Positions 24,091 to 35,829 of a DNA stretch of 64,000 nucleotides are shown here, in pieces. The notes under the pieces are model-generated. The model saw only the letters and a program-made list of their open reading frames with translations, was not told the DNA's origin and ran no database searches. Origin of the DNA: Mobula hypostoma (taxonomy: Eukaryota). The stretch is from contig NC_086097.1 of NCBI RefSeq assembly GCF_963921235.1, positions 122,638,001 to 122,702,000 of the forward strand. Direction: 5' to 3'. Position 1 is the first letter of the stretch; every line of letters begins with the position of its first letter. The position numbers and the translations under genes were made by a program.

Positions 24091-24899
24091 GACCAGTAAT
24101 CTGGTCAGAATTGAAGGGAAGTTGAATGCTGTTAAATACAGAGAGATTCTGGATAAAAACCTGTTAGCTTCTGCCAGAAAGCTTAAACTGGGGAGGAAGT
24201 CTGTCTTTCAGCAGAAGAATGGTTCAAAGCACTTTGCTAGAGCAGCCACAGAGAGGCTTCAAATGAAGAAAATTGATGTCCTTGAGTGACCCAGTCACAG
24301 TCCTGATCTTAATCTGATCTAACGTCTCTGGCAAGACCTCTACTTGCTGTACACTGATGCTCCCCAACTAACCAGGCAGAGCTTCAGGATTTCTGTAAGG
24401 ACAAATGCACAAATCTTGCTCCATCACATTGTGCAAAGCTAATAGAGATGCATCCAAAAAGACTACTGGCTGTAGTAGTTGCAAGAGGAGGTTCAACTAA
24501 GTACTGAGCAAAGGGGGATGAATACTTTTGAACTGCTGACATTTCAGTTTTTTCGAACTTTTAGTTTTCCATGCTTTACAATATTCCCTGTTTTATAGGC
24601 TCTACTGTGAAAAAAGGAGCATGTGATTCACAAATAAAAATTCTCAGTTAAATTGTTCAGAATCCCTGGTTGCAATAGTCATTCTTGTGTACAAAAGGTT
24701 GGAGGCTGAAATCTCTTACAAGGTATTGTATCATGAGATTTGTTGTTTTGTAGCAGCAGTACAGTGAAATAAATGAAAATAAAATAGAAATTACAATTTG
24801 AAATATATGTGTATATATTCATTAATTTATTTAATTTAGATATATAATCGCTCTTGATGTCACTACTGTGGTAGTGCCATACTGCCAAAGGTTACCTAC

Positions 24900-25520
24900 A
24901 AACAGGTAGATGTTGTCTAAATTGACTTTAGCAAAAGGCCTTTGACAAGGTCCTGCATGGTAGTCTTGTCTGGACTGTCGGGTTCCAGGTGCAAAATTGC
25001 AAAGGTGGCAGAGGGTGGCATTGTAGGGTTATTCATCAGATTGGAGGCTGATGACCCATGGTGTGACTCAGCGATTGGTGCTGGATACCCTAATGTTTGT
25101 CATATATTTTAATAATTTGGACAAAAATGAGTAGCTTTTCATTGATTCTATTGTATTTCATTGTTCTACTGGGAACGCCTGCAAGAAAATGAATCTCGGA
25201 GTAGTATATGGTGACTTATATGTACCTCGTTTATACATTTACTTTGAATTTTGAGAATGTAGGTAGCATTATTAAAAGCCTGCAGATGACACCAAAATTG
25301 GTGGTATTGTGAAGAAGATTGCTTGAGGATCAACTGGTAGGGTGGGTGAGGAAATGAAAGATAGAGATGTGCAAAATAATGGATTCTGGGAGATTAAACT
25401 AGGGCAGGATGTGCAAAGAGAATGAGATGGCCACGAGATGTGTGTTGAACAGAAGGACCTAGGGGTGCAAGTTCATAGCTCTTTAAAAGTGGCAACATAG
25501 TTATACAGATGGTGAGTACA
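24900..25520 (+). mobile_element. Highly decayed CR1 RT fragment containing an inserted LINE tail
   Basis: GACTTTAGCAAAAGGCCTTTGACAAGGTCC and GCAGATGACACCAAAATTGGTGG remnants. Confidence 0.6.
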
Positions 25521-26124
25521 ATATCATAGAGGCTGATGCACAATAGACTGCAGATACTGGAATTTGGAGTAACACACAAAATACTGAACAAACTCAATGA
25601 GCCAGGAGCACCTTTGAAGAGAAATAGACAGATGATATTACAGCACCAGCGACTCACATTCAGTTCCACCAATGTCTGTAAGGTGGCGTACTTTCTCCCC
25701 ATGTCCGCATGGGTTTACCTGGGGGCTCCAGTTTCCTCTCTCCTTCCTAAGATGTACAGGATAGTGGGTTAATTGGTCACACGGGTTTTCCAGATACCAA
25801 CTACATTTTGTGTGAGCCACTTACTCCTTAGATCTCTTTTAAAACTCCTCCATCTTATTTTAAATCAATGACCCAGCATGAGAAACAGAATAGCGTGTTA
25901 CCGTACTGTATTGTGAGATAAAACAAATTAAAATTAAATTAACTTTGATTATAAAGGATGGAATTGATGGTCAGCATAGATGTGATGGGCTGATTGGCCT
26001 AATTCTATGTGTACAGTTCCAAAATGTATGGATTCAGGACGATTCTTTAGTTATGTATCCAGGCTGGAAAGAATCCTATTATTGGCAAAATGAAGCTTTT
26101 TCAAATAATATTCATAAGAGATTT

Positions 26125-26345
26125 TGTAAATGCTGGAAATCTAGAGCAACATACATAAAATGCTGGAGGAAGTCAGTAGGTCGGGCAGCATCTATGAAGA
26201 GGAATAAAGAGTCAAAACTTTTAGCCAGGACCCTTCATCATCCTTCCCGATGATCAGTCTTGGTTTGAAACCCCAACTCTTTGTTCCTCTCCATAGATGC
26301 TTCCTGACCTACTGAGTTCCTCCAGCCGTTTCGTGTGTGTTGCAA
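26125..26345. mobile_element. Fold-back (inverted) pair of Penelope-derived terminal segments
   Basis: GCTGGAGGAAGTCAGTAGGTC...GCATCTATG is mirrored by CATAGATGC...GACCTACTGAGTTCCTCCAGC. Confidence 0.7.
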
Positions 26346-27187
26346 ATAATATTCAGAAGGATTGAAATAAACTATTAGCAGTGTTGTAAGTGTTAGGTAA
26401 CGGTGACTCTGTCAAGAGTCCATATATGTGAAAGGAAGGTGTCGCACGGACAATAGGCAGTCCGGCTGGTATTTCTATAAATGTGATGGATACTAAGACA
26501 TGGACACAAAAGGAGATCAGTGGTGCCTATGTCAGCTGATAATATAGCCAAGGCCAGCATTACATCAACAACATTGCATATACAGTCTATGCTGCCACTC
26601 ACAAAACTGATGAGATCTAATTTAATCAATAATGGTAGAAGAACATCAGGAATTCTGGAAACAATTTTCCAGGTAGTTTGTAATTAACGTCGGGGTCGAT
26701 AATGCAATTTTCAGCAATCTTCATCGCTCCGCATGAGCCACAAATGAATCATATTAACAGGCTTCACAATAGAGTGTAATAAAGCTCTAATGGACCAGTA
26801 CATCACAAATGAGCTAATCTCATTAACACCACAGACACCATGCAAATAAAAACATGATCTTATAAAACAAAAGCATAAATGTATTTGTACTTGACCTTCA
26901 GTCATGTGCAGTCTTGCTTCTTGGATGGAAGATGCTCACTCTTTTCAGCATGTCCACAGTAGGATCTTTGTTTTCTGAAGCTGGTACTGTTCACAGCTCA
27001 TTAAAAGTTGTCATCCCTCTGTAGGTTTTGAAGCTATGCATGTTTGGACGCAAAATGTCAGACCGTCTGCCCGAGATTCACCTATATTTTGTAGGAAAAA
27101 TGTGCACCATTCCAGCAACAAGCCACCAAACTCTTGAATGAGGGGAGAAAAACTGCAGATACTGGAAATCTGAAATAAAAACAGGAA

Positions 27188-29870
27188 ATAGAACATAGAA
27201 CAGTACAGCACAAGAACAGGCCCTTCGGCCCACAAAGTTGTGCTGAACCAAATAAATCAGTAACCAAATGGCCAACTGAACTAATCACCTCTGCCTAGGC
27301 GATGTCCATATCCTTTCATTTCCCTCTCATTCATGTGTCTATCTAAACATCTCTTGAAAGTCTCCAATGTATCTACTTCTACCATCACCGCAGGCAGCAC
27401 ATTCCAGCTCTGTGTAAAGAACTTGCCCCTCACATCTCTTTGAAAATGGCCCCCTCTCACATTAAGTGTATGCGCTCTGGTATTAGACATTTCAACCCTG
27501 GGAAAAGATGCAGTCTGCTTACGCTACTATGCTTCTCAGAATCTTATAAACAATCTGATCTTCTCTCAGTCTCTGCCACTCCAGAGAAAACAACCCAAGT
27601 TTAACCAGCCTCTTGTTATAGCACATGCCCTCTACTCCGGGCAACATCTGGTCGACCTCTTCTGCGCCCTCTCCAAAGCCTTGACATCTTTCCTGTAGTG
27701 GGGTGACCAGAACTATGTGCCTAACTAGACTCAATGAGGGCTAACTAGACCAAATAAAGACGCAGCATAACTTCCTGACCTTTGAACTAAACGCCTCGAC
27801 TAATAAAGGCAAGCATGCTATTTGCCTTCTTAACCAACCTATCAACTTGTCTAGCCACTCCCATGGAGCTATGAATTTGGACCCCGAGACCCCTCTGCTC
27901 ATCAACACCATTAATAGTCCGGAACTTAACAGTGCACTGTCTCTACATTTGACCTACCAAGGCGCAATGATTCACATCTGGCCAGGTTAGACTCCACCTG
28001 CCATTTCTCCATCCATATCTGCAACTGATCTATATCCTATTGTATTCTTTGCCAATATTCTATGCCATCCACAACACCATTAAACATCATATCATCTGCA
28101 AATTTACCAACCCACGCATCTACATCTTCATCCAGGTCATTTATATACATCATAAACTGCAGAGGTCCCAGCGCAGATTTGTGTGGAATGCCACTAATCA
28201 CAGACCTCCAGCTAGAATAAGTCCCTTCAACCACCACCCTCTTGTCTTCTATGGGTAATCCAGTTCTGAATCTAAATGGCCAATTCACTATGGATCCCAT
28301 GCCTTTTTATCTTCTGGATGAGCCTCCCATGAAGGACCTTGTCAAATGCCTTAATAAAATCCATGTAGACAACATCCACAGCTCTACCTTCATCAATTAC
28401 ACTCATCACCCCATCAAAAAAAACTCAATCAAGTTAGTAAGACATGTAGAAAACCATGCTGGTTCTCCCTAATTAAGCAATAGTTTTTTTCAAAAGCTAT
28501 AAACCATATCCCTAAGAATTCTCTCTAGTAATTCCCTACCACTGACATGAGCTTACTGGTCTATTGCTTCCAGAATTATCCCTGATTCCCTTCTTTAATA
28601 ATCAAACAGCATTAGTTATTAGCACTCCTCCTGGACCTCGCATGTGGCTTGAGACATTGGTCACAATCCCAGCAATCTCATCACTTGTTTCCCTTAATAG
28701 TATGGAGTACATCTCATCGGGCCCTGGGGATTTATCCACCTTAATTCTCCTTAAGGGACCCAATACTACTTTCTCCTTTACCTTAGAATGCCCTAGCACA
28801 TCAATACACTCAGTACTGATCTCCCTATCCTCATATACTGATGTAAAGTACTCAGTTTGCACCTTGCCCACATCCTCGGCATCCAAGCAAATGTTCCCAC
28901 CTTTATCCTTGAGTGGCCCTACCCTTTCCCTAGTTATCCTCTTGTTCTTGATTGATGCATAAAATGTTTTTGCATTCTCTTTAATCCTACTTGCCAAGAA
29001 CTTTTCATTGCCCCTTCTGGCTTTCCTAATTCCCTTTTCGAGTTCCTTTCTGTCTTCTTAATAATCCTCAAAGTCTCTGTTTGATTCTAGCTTCCTAAAT
29101 GTCACCCACTTTTCCTTTTACTTATTGACTAAATTCAACGCTCACCTCATCATCCAAGGTTCTCTTGCCATCCTTGTCCTTCCTTCAAACTGGAACATAC
29201 CTGTCCTGTACTCTGTGCATTTGGTCTTTAAACAATCTCCACAGGTCGGCTGTGGACTTGCCGAAAAACAGCTGTCCCCAATTAACTCTCCCTAGTTCCT
29301 CCCTAATTTCCCTAATTTGCTCTGCTACAATTTAATATTCTGCAAGGACAATACGTATGCTTAGTTGTTATTAAAATTTAAGGAGTTGTGGCCACTGTTC
29401 CCTACCTGCTCATCCACTGAAAGGTCGATCGCCTGGCCAGGCTCATCAAGCAACACCATGTCTAGAACAGCCCCTCCTCTTGTTGGATTATCTACATATT
29501 GATTTAAGAAACCCTCCTGGATGCATGTAAACCACTCACACTTAGAAAATTGAAGTCTCCCATGACAACAATACTATTGCTTTACACCTTTTTCTTATCT
29601 GCCTGCATATATGTTCCTCAATGTTCCAGTAGCTACTGGGGAGGTGAGTAGTACAGTCCCATCAAAATGATTGCGCCTTTCCTATTTTTTATTTCTGTCC
29701 ATATAGACTCAGTGGGAGAACCCTCCATTATGACCCCTCTGAGAGCAGCTGTGATATTTCCCCTGATTAGTAGTGCAATCACTCCCCCCTCTATTGTCAC
29801 ACTACTTTTTTCCTAAAACATTAAAACCCTGGGACATTAAGCACCCATTCCTGCCCTTCTCGTATCCCTG
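27188..29870 (-). mobile_element. Older CR1 ORF2 (part of APE through RT) with 3' UTR
   Basis: KFADDMMFNGVVD, DKSPGPDEMY, RERVGPLKDKGG; tail ATAGAACATAGAAC. Confidence 0.85.
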
Positions 29871-30379
29871 TCTCAACCAAATTGCTGTATGGGCTACAAT
29901 ATCAACATATGGAGTCTTGTTTTGTGGATGGAATATGCTCACTCATTCATCATGCACACTGTAGGGTCTTTGATTTCTGCTGTTCATATTTTGTTGAAGT
30001 TGCACTCCGAGTGCAGGTCTTGAAGCAATGCATGTTTGCATGCAACATATCAGACAGTCTGCCTTGACTCACGGATACTCTGCAGCAAGTCACCATCTTC
30101 ACCTCGAATGAAGAGAAAAACTTCAGATGCTGGGAGTCTGAAATAAAAAGGGGAAATGCCAGAAATAACTCAATATGCCAAGAAGCATCGATGGGGAGAG
30201 GAAAGAGGTTAATACTTCAGATCAATGACTCTTCATGAACAATGCAAGTATGAGAAAGCAAGCAGGTATAAAGATGTAGAAAGGGGAGGGTTAAAGGAGA
30301 ACAGAGGAAACGTCTACGGCAGGTGCTGGCTCTAATTAACAGCCATCAGAGTCAGAATGGAAAGCACAAGGAAATAAAC

Positions 30380-30771
30380 TGAATTCAATTCCATTGAAGT
30401 TTAATTGTCATTTCACCATACCTGAATACAGCTGAACAAGATAGCATTACCACAGCGTAAAGGTGCAAAGACACATTACCAACAGTCACACACAGTAAGC
30501 ACACACAAGATCACAATCACGTAATAAGACTCCCGAAGCCCCTCCCTCCCACGACACCACAGCTTGATGCATGCAAGTCAACAAACCCATATAGAATATC
30601 AGTAAAAAAAATATATATACATATATATGTGTATAGTGCAGACCCCCAGCCCACCGATATCATCTGTCGACTGGTGCCCGACACCCACTAGACGACAACG
30701 TAGTTTCCGATATATCTGAGTCGTCACATATACAAGCACATATAGCATATTAGTAAAAGCACAACCAGAGA

Positions 30772-30805
<34 letters not shown>

Positions 30806-31478
30806 GTCCAGACCCTTCAGACTATCTTAAATCTTCAGTCACCACAACTGCGCTACGCCGCCCTGATGAACACAATGGGTCGGACGCCTCTCCTCTGGTG
30901 GTTGAAAAGTAATCGAACCCGCAGCTTGAGGCCCAAGTACATCTGCAAAAATCTGCACAACAGAGATTGTCTTCTACCGAGCAAAACCCTGGGAGGGCAG
31001 CTCTGACTCTATTCTAGACATTGTGCCACACCACCCCTGGTGAAGCTCAATGGCTTCGTCTCTCTCACTCTGGGTGGCTGCAAATAGGTGACACCGTACT
31101 TCAGGCCTAGTCCTCGCCTCAGCCAAGGACTAGGCCCTTCCATTTGCCCCTGCTCGCATCCAATGCATCAGTGAATCGAATTTGCAGCATACCAGATTAA
31201 CAATGTCCAAAGCAGTCTTGCAATCACAGGAAAAGCAACCATGACAGCCACTCACCATTTGACTGTGAGCCTCCATCGACTCATACAGCAGCATATTGTG
31301 CGGCTCCTTCATTATCTTCGCCAGCGAGTAATGCGCTGATGCTGCAGACCTGCAGTCCTTTGAGTTCTTAATGTATAGCAGGATCATTAGAAGTATGTTT
31401 AAGTAGAGTGGCACCACCTTTGTTGGCCCTGTAGAAGCGGCTGCGACAGGTAACGCTGCCATCTTGTCGGAAGTCATT
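30380..31478 (-). mobile_element. Putative non-autonomous, non-coding LINE-derived element
   Basis: The 5' end GACTTCCGACAAGATGGCAGCG carries a YY1-like motif typical of LINE 5' ends. CpG-richer body, internal (TA)n, and an ATTAAA/TTGAA-type tail. Confidence 0.4.
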
Positions 31479-32015
31479 GAAACTTGAATGTCCGTCAACG
31501 CCGGTGGAGAGAGAAGAGAAAAGAGATGAACACCTGGACCTTTTTTTTGATCCACGTTGTGTTTTAAGAGCTGTAGTTGCTTGTAAGGAAGTTAAAAAAA
31601 GTCCATCAGGCATCTTTAGGTAAAGAAATTGGATTTGGAGTGGGATAGAGTTAAAGAAATTTGGTGAGTGGAAATTCAAGATCATTCTTGCAGACTAAAT
31701 CAGAATCAGCTTTATTATCACTGACATACGTCGTAGCGTTACAAAATTTGTTGTTTTGCGGCTGCAGTACAGTGTGTAGGGTAACGTAATTGACGGAAAT
31801 GTACATAATTCACAACCACTGACATTGAACTGGAAGGCTAGTCTGACATGATCACAAAATATGTAAAGATTTTTTACCGCACTTTCTGCTCAGTGCTTGG
31901 AATACAAAATTGAGTTGTTGCCATTTCTCTTAAACATAAAACGCCTCTGTTTTTTTTTGTGAAACCTACAAGTGCAATGCATAAAATACACTATAAATTA
32001 CAATAAGTGTATATA

Positions 32016-32560
32016 CACTCAGTGTCTACTTTATTAGGTACCTCAGGTAGCTAATAAAGTGGCTCCTGAGTGTATGTTAGTGGTCGTGCTGCTGTAGCCC
32101 ATCCACTTCATGGTTTAGCGTGTTGTGTGCTCAGTAATACCTTTCTGCACATTACTGTTGTAATGCATGGTTCCTTGATTTACTGTGTTGCCTTCCTGTC
32201 AGCTTGAATGAGTGTGGCCATTCTCCTCTGACTTCTCTTATTATGAAAGCATTTTCACCCACCGAACTGCCACTCACTAGATGTTTTTTTTTGCTTTTTC
32301 CCCACCATTCTCTGCAAACTCTGGAGATTGCTATGCATGCAAATCCTCAGAGATTAGCAGTTTCAGAAATGCTCAGAGCAGCCCCGTTTGGCTCCAGCAA
32401 TCAATCCATGGTCAAAGTCACTTAGATCACATTTCTTCCCCAGTCTGTTGTTAGCTCTGAATAAAAACTGAACCTCTTGATCATGTCTGCATGCTATTTA
32501 TGGATGGAGTTGCTCCCACATGGTTGTCTGATTAGATATTTGCATTAACAAGCAGGTGTG
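32016..32560 (-). mobile_element. Non-autonomous Tc1 derivative with a terminal 57-bp TIR-TIR hairpin
   Basis: Homologous to 11385-11957; hairpin at 32016-32072 has TA on both sides. Confidence 0.8.
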
Positions 32561-32569
32561 CAAAACGAG

Positions 32570-33272
32570 AGCGAAAATAGTGAGGTAGCGTTCATCGGTT
32601 GGTTCATTGTCCATTTAAAAATCTGATGGCCAAGGGGAAGAAGTTGCTCCTAAAATGTTGAGTGTGTGTGTGTGTTCAGCATCCTGTACCCCCTCTTTGA
32701 CAGTATCATTAAGAAGGCATGTCCGAGTGGGCAGGGTCCTTCATAATTGATGCCACGTTTTTGAAGATGTCTTCGATGATGGGGAGCTCAATGCCCATGA
32801 TGGTGCTTGCAGAACTGATAATACTCTACACCAGATGGTGATGCAACCAATCAAAATGAACTCCATGGTAGATCTGTGGAAATTTACAATTTTCATTGAT
32901 GGCATTGCAAATCCCCTCATCTCCGAATGAAAAATAATTCATAATTTCATCAATATTTCTGGCCCAGGATAAATCTTCAGAGACGTAAACACCCAAGAAT
33001 TTGAAGCTGCTCACTCTTTCCACTGATGACTCCTCAAGGAGAACTGGTACATGTTCTCCCAACTTCCCCCTCTTGAAGTCAACAATCAATTCCTTGGAAA
33101 CAAGAGAAAATCTGCAGATGCTGCAAATCCAATATTACAGTCAGCCCGTAACATCGACTGTACTCTTTCCATAGATGTTGCCTGGCTTGCTGAATTTCTC
33201 TAGCGGTTTGCGTATGTTGCTTGCAATCAAATCCTTGGTCTTACTGACGTTGGGTGTAAGGCTGTTGTTGCA
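32570..33272 (-). mobile_element. Rex1/Babar RT fragment interrupted by a Penelope-derived segment (~33097-33225)
   Basis: IVDFKRGK...VERVSSFKFLGVYVSEDLSW. Confidence 0.8.
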
Positions 33273-33384
33273 ATTTCATATTTGCAAGGTATTCACTTGA
33301 ACTGTGTTTGGTTTCTCTGATGTGAGCACAGACAACTTAATGCCAAATTAGAATGTAACACACTGGTTAGCATTTTTCCTGCTA

Positions 33385-34002
33385 TGCTATAGGTATTTCA
33401 TTTGCAGTTCTGTTAGGGCAATCTGTTCTACTTTCAGTCTGTCTGGGTTATTGTTGAAGATAAGGGATGCTAAAGAATGTGTGTCATCCAATTAGGATGG
33501 TGGAACTGGGAGAAGGTTCAAGAGAATGTGGCGGGGGAGGTTTTGTAAGAGACCCTAAGGTTGGTCTTGGGATTTTTTGTTTGGCGGGAGAAGAAGGAAG
33601 AAGATGCTGGAGAGAACTGGTCGTAGGATTCGACCAGGTAGGGGACTGTGACTCAATGGAGCAAGGTGCCATGGTCTATTGAGGATCGGTGAATAGGACT
33701 TTTGGAAGAGTTGAGCTCCAACTTGTGCACATTTGACCATTTAATTATAATGGACCCTTTATATTTTTTTCTTTCTTTTCTTCATTAACCCTTTAGTTAA
33801 GATTCATAAATATAATTCCTTTAATCGTGTGCAATGTGCTGTCTGTTATTTGTTGGCACAGAGTTGTAACGGGGTAGCAAATTAAACAGCATTCACACAA
33901 ACCGGGGTTTGGGGTGAGAGAGCCATCTAAATCTCATGGGTTTAGCAGAATCAGAGTGTGTATTCCCTGGACTTATGCTGCCAAGGAAACAGCAGGGTTT
34001 CA
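33385..34002 (+). mobile_element. Possible solo LTR-like repeat
   Basis: TG start near 33385 or 33411 and ...GGGTTTCA end, with LTR-like composition. No TSD found. Confidence 0.25.
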
Positions 34003-34339
34003 AGAAGAAGTGCAAGGTAACTACTGCTTCACCTGGAAGAACAGTTTGAGTCACCAGATGGCGGGATGGGAAGAGATAAAAGGTTTAGTGTTGCACCTAT
34101 GCCAGGGGCATGGGAAACTGCTATAGCTAGTGGAGATGTTTGAGTAGACTAACGAGCAGTGGAAGGAATAGCTTCTTCACAGTACTGGGAGAGGAGGAGG
34201 AAGGGGAGATGTATCTGGCAGTGGGAGTCCCTTTATCATCACAGCAACTAGAGCAAATGATTGTTGAGTGTGGAGGCTGGTGGGCTGGAGAGTGAGGGCA
34301 AAGATAGAAGAGTGGATGAGAGCAGAGGAGAGATAAGGT

Positions 34340-34632
34340 AAGATTAGCGTTGTTTGTCATATGTACATCAAATCATACAGAGAAATGCATCCTTTGTGTG
34401 AAATCAACTCAGTGAGGATTGTGCTGGGGGAAACCTACAACTGTCATCTCACTTCTGGTGCCATCACAGCACGCTCAAAACACATCAACCGTAACCATAC
34501 GTGGGAGAAAACCAGAGCCCACACTATCATGGGGAGAATGTGCAAACTTTTTACTGACAGCAGCAGGAATCAAACCCTGATCTTACGGCTGGTGCAGTAA
34601 AGTGACGAGCTAACCGCTACGCTACAGTGCTC
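34340..34632 (-). mobile_element. V-SINE-like SINE
   Basis: tRNA-like head GTAGCGTAGCGGTTAGC on the - strand; paralogue of 9745-10070. Confidence 0.7.
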
Positions 34633-35019
34633 TCGCATGGTACAGCAAACGGAAGAGTCTGTCCGCCTCATTGCCTTTTTCTTTCTATTGCTTTTCATCT
34701 CAGAAGCACCTTGTGTTTTGGGTGGCGCCTCCTTCCTTTTCGCCATCTGCCATTCCCTTTCTTTTTCCTCTGCCCTCTCCTCTTCCACTGACTCCTCTTT
34801 GGGAGGGCTCTGGATGCTCATGGCCGGGGTTTGAGAGCTTGAGGTATGTGGCTTTTCCTCAGTCCTGGTCACAGTCTCTTCTAAGGCCTCTGCACTGATA
34901 AGCAGTTTCGGCATTCCCCTGGAGGAAATGTAGGAGCCAACTCCCACTCCCCCCCCACCCCTTACTCCTCCACTTGCAGTTCTTATAGATAACTGTGGGG
35001 CTTTGAGCCACCACAGGAT

Positions 35020-35829
35020 ATAGAAAATTACAGCTCAGTACATGCCCTTCAGCCCACAATGTTGTTTTGATTTTTTAACCTAGTCTATGATCAATCTAAC
35101 TTTTCATCCATGTGCCTATCTAAGAATGTCTTAATTGTCCCTAATGTACCTTCCTCTACCACCACACCTGTGAGGGTGTTCCATGCACCCACCACTCTCT
35201 GTGTATAAACTTACCTCTGAACCCCTCCCCTATATTTCCTCCAAACACCTTTATATTATGCCCCCTGTACTAGTCATTTCCACCCTGGAAAAATGTTTCT
35301 GGCTATCCACACTATTAGACCATAAGACCATAAAACTTTGGAGCAGAATTGGGCCATCTGGCCCATTGAGTCTGCTCCGCCATTCATTCATGGCTGATCC
35401 CTTTTTTTTTCCCTTTCCTCAGCAACCCCAGTTCCTGGTGTTCTCCCTGCAACCTTTGTTCGATCAAGAACCTATCAATCTCTGCCTTAAATACACCTTG
35501 TGACCTGGCCTCCACAGATGCACGTGGCAACAAATTCCACTGTTAATGCCTCTTATCATCTTGTATATCTTTATCCAGTTGGCTCCAATCCTCCTTCACT
35601 CCAAAGAGAAAAGCCCGAGCTTGCTCAGCCTATCCTCATAAGACATGCCATCTGATGTAGCAGCACCCTGGTAAGTCTCCAGTGCACCTCTCCGAAGCTT
35701 TTACATCCTTCCCATAATGAGGTGACCAGAAATGAACTCAATACTCCATGAGTAGTCTAACCAGCAATACCTTGCTGCTCATGAACTCAATCCCTTGACT
35801 AATGAAGGCCAATACACCACAGGCCTTCT
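35020..35829 (-). mobile_element. CR1 3' fragment(s) hosting the L1; continues at ~40905-41050
   Basis: CR1 3' UTR and C-terminal remnants, with a second CR1 tail (CATAAGACCATAA) at ~35320. Confidence 0.7.

Larger units (their letters stand above)
21415..24728 (+). mobile_element. Tc1/mariner transposon with decayed transposase and nested CR1
   Basis: TA at 21413-21414 and 24729-24730; decayed CAGTGC...TATTCAGCC TIRs. Transposase motifs: MKTKEHS (21798), KVLWSDETK, GCFSAAGT, VFQQ, SPDLNLI. Confidence 0.92.

Noticed and set aside
34560..34632. tRNA-like A/B boxes here and in paralogues
   Set aside because: Decayed SINE heads joined to a V-domain core; no full cloverleaf.
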